This document shows, one piece after another, positions 7,483 to 12,881 of a stretch of DNA of 12,881 nt (its first letter is position 1; each line of letters begins with the position of its first letter). Made by a program: the position numbers and the translations under genes. The notes under the pieces are model-generated. The model had not been told where the DNA came from and did not search any database. It saw only the letters and a program-made list of their open reading frames with translations. This DNA is from Thermodesulfobacteriota bacterium (lineage in GTDB: Bacteria; Desulfobacterota; Desulfobacteria; Desulfobacterales; SURF-7), in the NCBI GenBank assembly GCA_049320885.1, contig JBMORA010000041.1:1-12881 (forward strand), in the 5' to 3' direction.

Positions 7483-8403
7483 CTAGCCTGATATCGGTCT
7501 CCTGATCACCTGACCGGAGATTATCCAGGGAGCTGGAAATGGTTCCACCATGTTTTTGCTGTTGACCCGCGAAACCTCCAAATGAATCGCTTCCTTGCGC
7601 TCCAGGCCGTTTTCCCGGAACAAGCCCGGAAGAGACGTCAGGATTTCGAAGTCCAGGGTGTAGATCACAAAATCCATGGCGGGGTTCATGGCCAGAAGCC
7701 GCTTGATTTCAATCCCCAGCTTGGGAGAGCCGACGATAAACGCGACATCCGGCGCCGGCAGCATCTCCAGGCTGTCATCTTCCAGCGACTCAACGATCGT
7801 TACATTATTCAGGCCGAATTTATCCACATTCTCTTTCATGGTATCCCGGTCCCTGGGGTCATATTCCACGGCAATGACACGGCCCTTGTCGGCGGCCATG
7901 GCGGCCTCCACCGCGATGCTTTCACCCGAGATGATACAGATATTGTCTCGATCCCCCACATTGAGTTTATTCATGATAACCGCCCGGCCTTCCCGGCACA
8001 CGTAATGAACCGAGCCGCAGGCAAACCGGCTGTTCTCAATGCCGATCTGATAATTCGTGGCGGCGTTGGGATTCATGATCAGCATGGCCGCGGAGGCATT
8101 GATACCGCGGTTGATCATATCCGCGACCTTATCGTGCTTCATCTCTCCGGATGGCTCCGAGCCTTCATTGTACCAGACATCGCATTCGCCAAGTTCCGCG
8201 TTCCACATGCGGTAGAAGATATCCGGATGTCCGGCATCCGTAAAGCACAGCACGATCCGGTTGCACATGACGGTGGGAATCAGGTTCTTGTTCTTCCCGG
8301 TAATGTCCAGCATCTTCACTTCCGCCAGGTTGACGTCCACGTTCCGGGAAAAATACTGGAGCCAGGCCAAAATGACCTCATTTGTAAACATTGTCTGTTC
8401 CAC
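7483..8403 (-). CDS. CbiET/CobL-like (precorrin-6B methylase-like) protein with degenerate SAM-binding motif
   Basis: C-terminal half tracks CbiT (G.....F..G......E.RAV...KL, SIAVEAA...G.V.AVE, ENV.KFGL.NV, LPAPD..FI.GS) but has IISGES where DxGAGTGS is expected. GTG at 8403 has a strong SD (AAGGGAGG, 7-nt spacing); the ORF track start at 8439 is the alternative. Confidence 0.75.
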   Translation of the reverse strand: MEQTMFTNEVILAWLQYFSRNVDVNLAEVKMLDITGKNKNLIPTVMCNRIVLCFTDAGHPDIFYRMWNAELGECDVWYNEGSEPSGEMKHDKVADMINRGINASAAMLIMNPNAATNYQIGIENSRFACGSVHYVCREGRAVIMNKLNVGDRDNICIISGESIAVEAAMAADKGRVIAVEYDPRDRDTMKENVDKFGLNNVTIVESLEDDSLEMLPAPDVAFIVGSPKLGIEIKRLLAMNPAMDFVIYTLDFEILTSLPGLFRENGLERKEAIHLEVSRVNSKNMVEPFPAPWIISGQVIRRPISG

Positions 8404-8473
8404 GGGGAATCCTCCCTTGCCGACAGTTATAACGCTCATTTTTTTGAATATAGCTCCATTCTCAGCTTACGAT

Positions 8474-9412
8474 TCAGGCCGCGGTGCGCTCCAGCAGACG
8501 TTCCCATTTCCGATCCACAGACGCCTGCGCCTCTTCGATCATCCAGCCGTTGCTTTTCTGGAACATATGGCGGAATCGGCCCTGGGTTCGGAGAAAGTCT
8601 TCTACGGGCAGTTTCTTCTTCGGCTTATAACTCAGACGCCACACTCCCTCCTCGACCTCGAACAGCGGCCAGACGCAGGTATCCACTGCCAACTGAACGA
8701 TTTCGGCCAGCTTCGCCATGGGATAATCCCATCCGCGCGGACACGGGGCCAATACGTTCAAAAAGCAGGGGCCCGCGGTATAAATGGCTTTATGGGACTT
8801 GGTGTGCAGATCCCTGAAATTGCCAAAAGGCGCTGTCTGTGCCACATAAGGGATATGATGGGCGACCAGGATGTCCGTCAAATCTTTCTTGCTCTGGCGC
8901 TTGCCCGGTTGAACAAGACCCACAGGCGAGGTCGTTGTGCGGGCATGGCGCGGTGTCGAGGAGGAGCGCTGGATCCCGGTATTCATGTAAGCCTCGTTGT
9001 CGTAGCAGATGTAGGTCATGTCATGGCCGCGTTCCATGGCACCCGACAGGGATTGAAACCCGATATCATAGGTGCCGCCGTCACCGGCAAAAGTGAGGAA
9101 CTTGACGGTGCCATCCACCTTGCCGCGCCGTTTCAGAACGGTATATGCCGCTTCCACACCGGAACAGGTGGCGGCGGAGTTTTCGAAGGCGGAATGGATA
9201 TAGCTGTCCATATAGGCAGTGTAAGGATACATGAAGGTGGAGACCTCCAGACAACTGGTGGCATTGACCACCACCGCCCGGTCTTCCGGATTCAGGGCGC
9301 GCAGCACCCCTGCCACAACGATCCCGGCGCCGCAGCCGGCGCAGAGCCGATGGCCTCCGGTGAGACGCGGCTCCTTTTCCACCTCCTGTTTCAGGTTGTA
9401 TACCGTGCTCAT
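8474..9412 (-). CDS. porB: Pyruvate/2-oxoacid:ferredoxin oxidoreductase beta subunit (TPP-binding)
   Basis: GHRLCAGCG, ATSCLEV, TPP motif GDGG...DIG...YDNEAYMNTGIQRS, PCPRGW. Confidence 0.95.
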   Translation of the reverse strand: MSTVYNLKQEVEKEPRLTGGHRLCAGCGAGIVVAGVLRALNPEDRAVVVNATSCLEVSTFMYPYTAYMDSYIHSAFENSAATCSGVEAAYTVLKRRGKVDGTVKFLTFAGDGGTYDIGFQSLSGAMERGHDMTYICYDNEAYMNTGIQRSSSTPRHARTTTSPVGLVQPGKRQSKKDLTDILVAHHIPYVAQTAPFGNFRDLHTKSHKAIYTAGPCFLNVLAPCPRGWDYPMAKLAEIVQLAVDTCVWPLFEVEEGVWRLSYKPKKKLPVEDFLRTQGRFRHMFQKSNGWMIEEAQASVDRKWERLLERTAA

Positions 9413-10599
9413 GCCGTCTCCTCCTTGGACCGTTGGCCCATATGGACATACAACGGTCCGGTATCCCCGTTCGCGGCAATATCGGCCAGCCGGGAAAACA
9501 CGTTTTCAATGTCCTCAATCTTCACGTCGCGGCCGCCCAAGCCATAGACGATGTTGATCAGGTGCGGACGGTCCGCCAGATCATACAAGGCGCTGCGGGT
9601 CTCGGCAAATAAAGGACCTCCATTGGCCGAAAAGCCCTCGGACTTATCCATAATGGCTACAGCCCTGGTGCGGGACAGCGCAAAGGCCAGTTCCTCGCCC
9701 GGAAAGGGACGGAATACCCGTATTTTTACCACCCCGGCCTTCACGCCATTCTCCCGCAACCGGTCGACGGTTGCCTTGGCGGTTCCGGCAGTGGATCCGA
9801 TCAGCACGATCGCCAGTTCCGCATCCTCCATCATGTATTCTTCGAACAGGCCATAACACCGGCCGGAAATCTTTTCAAATTCCGCGGCCACCTCCAATAC
9901 GCGGGACTTGGCGGCCTTCATGGCCATGGCCTCCTGGACCTTATGTTCCATGTAATAGGGGCTCACATCATACGGCCCCACCGCCAGGGGATTGCCCATT
10001 TTCAACAGATAGTGTTCCGGGTTGTACTCCCCGACAAACCCGCGCACCGTTTCCGTCGCCAACAGTTCTATATTCTCGACGGCATGGCTGGTAATGAAGC
10101 CGTCCATGCAGGTCATCACCGGCAGGCGTACGCTCGGGGTCTCGCCGATGGGCATGGCTTGGATGAAATTATCGTAAGCCTCCTGATTATTTTCGGCATA
10201 GATCTGGATCCAGCCCGAATCACGGGCGCCCATGGAGTCGGAGTGGTCGGCGTTGATGTTGATAGGCCCCGAAAGCGCCCGGTTTACACAGGCCAGTGTT
10301 ATCGGCAGACGACAGGAAGCCGCCACATACAACAGCTCATACATCAGCGCCAGCCCGCAGGATGATGTGGCGCTGACGGCTCTGGCCCCGGCAGCCTGGG
10401 CCCCGATGCACACGGACATGGAACTGTGTTCGGATTCCACGGTTACAAATTCCGTATCCACATCGCCGTTGGCCGCATAACCGGCGAAGTATTCGGGGAT
10501 ATCCGTGGAGGGGGTGATGGGAAACGCTCCAAAGACATCAGGATTGATCTGTTTCATGGCATAGGCCACAGCTTCGTTGCCGGAAAGGCGACCGTTCAT
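9409..10599 (-). CDS. porA: Pyruvate/2-oxoacid:ferredoxin oxidoreductase alpha subunit
   Basis: SGNEAVA, AFPITPST, VESEHS, ATSS.GL..M.E, NRALSGPINI..DHSD, DGFITSH, YGLGGRD; ATGA overlap with porB. Confidence 0.95.
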   Translation of the reverse strand: MNGRLSGNEAVAYAMKQINPDVFGAFPITPSTDIPEYFAGYAANGDVDTEFVTVESEHSSMSVCIGAQAAGARAVSATSSCGLALMYELLYVAASCRLPITLACVNRALSGPININADHSDSMGARDSGWIQIYAENNQEAYDNFIQAMPIGETPSVRLPVMTCMDGFITSHAVENIELLATETVRGFVGEYNPEHYLLKMGNPLAVGPYDVSPYYMEHKVQEAMAMKAAKSRVLEVAAEFEKISGRCYGLFEEYMMEDAELAIVLIGSTAGTAKATVDRLRENGVKAGVVKIRVFRPFPGEELAFALSRTRAVAIMDKSEGFSANGGPLFAETRSALYDLADRPHLINIVYGLGGRDVKIEDIENVFSRLADIAANGDTGPLYVHMGQRSKEETA

Positions 10600-10907
10600 T
10601 TGTGCCTACCTCCTCCCGTTACCATGGTTATCGCCGGGAAGGGACACACGTTTTCACAGATCCCGCACCCCTTGCAATGCATATAATCGAAATCCAAACG
10701 TTTCCCGTCTTCCACCGGAATGGCGCTGTCCGGGCAGAACGGAACGCAAAGCATGCAGTGCTTACATTCTCCCATGTGAAAAACAGGCGTGTTGGTCCGC
10801 CAGGTGCCGGTATTAAAAAGCCGAGCGGTTCCTGGTTCATAGATCTCCCCGCCGGGAGTCAGATCCTGCCAGGGTGTACGTTCGTTGATATCCTTCGCAT
10901 GAATCAT
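10596..10907 (-). CDS. porD: Oxidoreductase delta subunit, 2x[4Fe-4S] ferredoxin-like
   Basis: TGTWRT..P; CKHCMLCVPFCP and CKGCGICENVCP; ATGA overlaps with both neighbours. Confidence 0.95.
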   Translation of the reverse strand: MIHAKDINERTPWQDLTPGGEIYEPGTARLFNTGTWRTNTPVFHMGECKHCMLCVPFCPDSAIPVEDGKRLDFDYMHCKGCGICENVCPFPAITMVTGGGRHK

Positions 10908-11488
10908 CCTACCTGCACCTCCTCCAGGGATTTTTTCAGTGCTTCCATGTTCCCCTCGATAACCTGGGGCTTGGTTGCAAATTTATGCTTAAAAGACTCT
11001 TCTATATCCGTCAGGAAACGACCGGTTTCCAAAACGCCGCTGACCTTGACCATGGCGGCCAGCATGGGGGTATTGGGCAGGTTTTTCCCTAGAACCTCTT
11101 CCGAGATGCGGCGGGCGTCAATGGTGCAGACTTTTCCCACCCATCCCCGCAGCCGCGGACGCATCTCCTGCGGAAGGCCGGGAGTATTGATGATAATGGC
11201 GCCGCCCGCTTTCAGTCCTCCGGTAACGTCAATGCTATCCAGCAATGTTTCATCGACCACGGCCACATAATCCGGATAATAGATGTTGGAATGGATGTTA
11301 CACCGTTTTTCACTGATGCGGTTATAAGCGGTAATTGGTGCGCCCATCCGTTCCGGTCCATACTCCGGGAATCCCTGCACGAATTTTCCCTGCATGCCGG
11401 CCGCATCCGCCAGCAGCAGGCAAGCGGACTTCGCTCCCTGCCCTCCCCTGCCATGCCAGCGGATTTCTACCAGATCACGATTCGTCAT
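10904..11488 (-). CDS. porC: Oxidoreductase gamma subunit
   Basis: EIRWHGRGGQGAK, FPEYGPERMGAP, PNTPML. ATG at 11488 has SD GGAGG, so it is preferred over 11506. Confidence 0.95.
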   Translation of the reverse strand: MTNRDLVEIRWHGRGGQGAKSACLLLADAAGMQGKFVQGFPEYGPERMGAPITAYNRISEKRCNIHSNIYYPDYVAVVDETLLDSIDVTGGLKAGGAIIINTPGLPQEMRPRLRGWVGKVCTIDARRISEEVLGKNLPNTPMLAAMVKVSGVLETGRFLTDIEESFKHKFATKPQVIEGNMEALKKSLEEVQVG

Positions 11489-11514
11489 TGCCCTTCCTCC
11501 CGTCATGATGCATT

Positions 11515-11554
11515 AAAAGCAAAAGGCTTTCAGCCCCCAAAGGGAGGAAAGCCT
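11515..11554 (-). terminator. Intrinsic terminator-like hairpin inside the por leader (attenuator)
   Basis: On the - strand: AGGCTTTC-CTCCC-TTT-GGGGG-CT-GAAAGCCT followed by TTTGCTTTT, located between the promoter and the porC SD. Confidence 0.7.
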
Positions 11555-11611
11555 GAAAAGACAGTTGCTGCGTCAACCGGTCGTTGTCTTTTCAACAGCA
11601 AAAAAAGGGAA

Positions 11612-11640
11612 AATATAAAAACGGAATGGTGTTTTGTCAA
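11612..11640 (-). promoter_or_regulatory. Sigma-70 promoter of por operon
   Basis: On the - strand: TTGACA (11640-11635), 17 bp, TATATT (11617-11612); 11 of 12 consensus positions. Confidence 0.8.
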
Positions 11641-11805
11641 TAGCTCGGTTTGAAAATTCAGGGCAATCGCATCCGTTCCGGGACACCCCGGTTCCGGGAA
11701 TTTCCCATCCCCTGATTGACAGCCTCCGCCGATTGTGTGAAGTAGAGTTCCGTATGACCTAAAACCTTCGGCATCCGAATAGGACTTCCAGGAACCACTG
11801 GCGAC

Positions 11806-12306
11806 ATGGAACCGCAAAACCGGTACAAATCCGTTCATAACCACCCGACCAACGGCTGTTTCGGCTGCGGCCCGAAAAACGGGAGCGGCCTGCAGATGAA
11901 AATTCTGACCGATGAGACGGAAGTGGTCTCCTTTCTCACGGTCCCGCCTCACCTCTGCGGCTACAACCGGATCGTCCACGGCGGCGTAGTGGCCACCATT
12001 CTGGATGAAATCATGGGCTGGGCCGGCATTTATCTGCTGAAAAAAATCGTCCTGACCAGAACCATGACCATCGATTTCATCAAAGCCCTGCGCATCGGCG
12101 ACGACCTGACGGTCAAGGGCCGCATCCTGAACCACGGCGACAGGCGTGAAGTGCATATCGAAGGCGCCATCCATGACGGCAGCCAAACTCTTTGCGCCCG
12201 GTCCGAAGGGACCTTCGCCCTGCTGACTCCTAAGATGGCCGTAAGGATGGGCGTCATGACCGCGGAGGAACTGGCGCTACTGTTCGATCCGATTATGGAG
12301 CGGTAA
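11806..12306 (+). CDS. PaaI family (hotdog fold) thioesterase
   Basis: CFGCG..N..GL.M, G....VHGGVVATILDE.MG, T..M.IDFIK. Confidence 0.92.
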   Translation: MEPQNRYKSVHNHPTNGCFGCGPKNGSGLQMKILTDETEVVSFLTVPPHLCGYNRIVHGGVVATILDEIMGWAGIYLLKKIVLTRTMTIDFIKALRIGDDLTVKGRILNHGDRREVHIEGAIHDGSQTLCARSEGTFALLTPKMAVRMGVMTAEELALLFDPIMER

Positions 12307-12343
12307 AATTTCCACCCGTTAAAACCGATTTGAAACGCAATAA

Positions 12344-12409
12344 ATTGAAGCGCTTGTTCATGGCTACCGCTCCATTTTGACCACCTTCGAGGTGACGCTT
12401 CATGCCTGA
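12344..12409 (+). pseudogene. hicB: C-terminal remnant of a HicB-type antitoxin
   Basis: Frame reads ...GYRSILTTFEVTLHA*, like the LTTFEV tail of short HicB proteins; its stop overlaps the hicA start (ATGCCTGA); upstream stop at 12341 and no start codon. Confidence 0.55.
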
Positions 12410-12530
12410 GCTGCCAAGGATTTCTGGCGATTAAGCCATCAAGGTTTTCAAAAGGCTTGGTTTTTATGAGGCCCGTCAGAAAGGCAGTCATGTCGTCATG
12501 CGCCGATATGATAAGAACAACCCTGTTTGA
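12402..12530 (+). pseudogene. hicA: HicA toxin pseudogene (internal stop, truncated)
   Basis: MPELPRISGD*AIKVFKRLGFYEARQKGSHVVMRRYDK...: HicA N-terminus with GSH motif, TAA at 12432-12434 where Glu is typical, C-terminal half missing; SD GAGGTG upstream. Confidence 0.85.
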
Positions 12531-12834
12531 ACGCGCTCAAAGGGACCCGGAATTCAGGCAAGCCATGCTGAGAGAGGGCATTGATAACTTGCTTGCCGGG
12601 GATCTGGCGACCGGCAAAGCCATTTTACGGGATTACATCAATGCCGCCGCAGGTTTCAACGAACTGGCAGAGGCAACCCGAATTCATGAAAAGAGCCTTA
12701 TGCGGATGTTCGGCCTCAACGGGAATCCCCGTGCGGATAACCTGTTTCAGATTCTTCAACACCTCCAAGCCCGCGAAGGCATCCACCTGACCACGGCATC
12801 GCTCTCCCAAGAATTCGTTGCGGGTACTTCCTGA
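12508..12834 (+). CDS. HTH addiction-module antitoxin / transcriptional regulator (HigA-like), probably N-terminally clipped
   Basis: RAQRDPEFRQAML.E....LLAGD..TGKAILRDYINA..GF.ELA.......KSLMRMFG..GNP.A.NLF matches the addiction-module antidote HTH family as I recall it; start uncertain. Confidence 0.8.
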   Translation: MIRTTLFERAQRDPEFRQAMLREGIDNLLAGDLATGKAILRDYINAAAGFNELAEATRIHEKSLMRMFGLNGNPRADNLFQILQHLQAREGIHLTTASLSQEFVAGTS

Positions 12835-12837
12835 ACC

Positions 12838-12867
12838 TTGTCTCCACCAACGCCCTTGCGGTATAGT
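12838..12867 (+). promoter_or_regulatory. Possible sigma-70 promoter for a gene beyond the window
   Basis: TTGTCT (12838-12843), 18 bp, TATAGT (12862-12867), followed by GC-rich TCGCGC. Confidence 0.35.
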
Positions 12868-12881
12868 TCGCGCTTTCGTCT

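Noticed and set aside
11515..11605. TPP or cobalamin riboswitch ahead of a TPP enzyme and cbiT-like gene
   Set aside because: No CTGAGA/ACCTG TPP core or GGGAA/GCCACTG B12 elements, and the leader is too short.
12432..12434. Recoded stop (Sec or Pyl) in hicA
   Set aside because: The codon is TAA and the gene is also truncated, so simple decay explains it.
1..12881. CRISPR array, tRNA, rRNA, transposase or integrase
   Set aside because: I found no regularly spaced repeats, tRNA arm motifs or recombinase motifs by eye.

Overview
GC-rich bacterial window whose gene content and style suggest an anaerobe, plausibly Desulfobacterota (inference, not proven). From left to right: a sigma-54 NtrC/AlgB-type response regulator (-); a DedA protein (+) behind a highly structured ~200-nt leader; an SRPBCC protein (-); a family III CoA-transferase (+); a TetR regulator with its probable operator followed by a DUF362 Fe-S protein and a tiny CxxCH ORF (+); a TM2 protein (-); a four-subunit pyruvate/2-oxoacid:ferredoxin oxidoreductase operon porC-D-A-B ending in a degenerate CbiET-like gene (-), preceded by a near-consensus promoter and an attenuator-like leader; a PaaI thioesterase (+); and toxin-antitoxin debris (hicB tail, hicA pseudogene, fused HTH antitoxin). 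The best leads are the two unassigned structured leader RNAs (dedA and por) and the CbiT-like protein lacking its SAM-binding motif inside the por operon. All assignments come from reading motifs by eye; no searches or folding programs were run.
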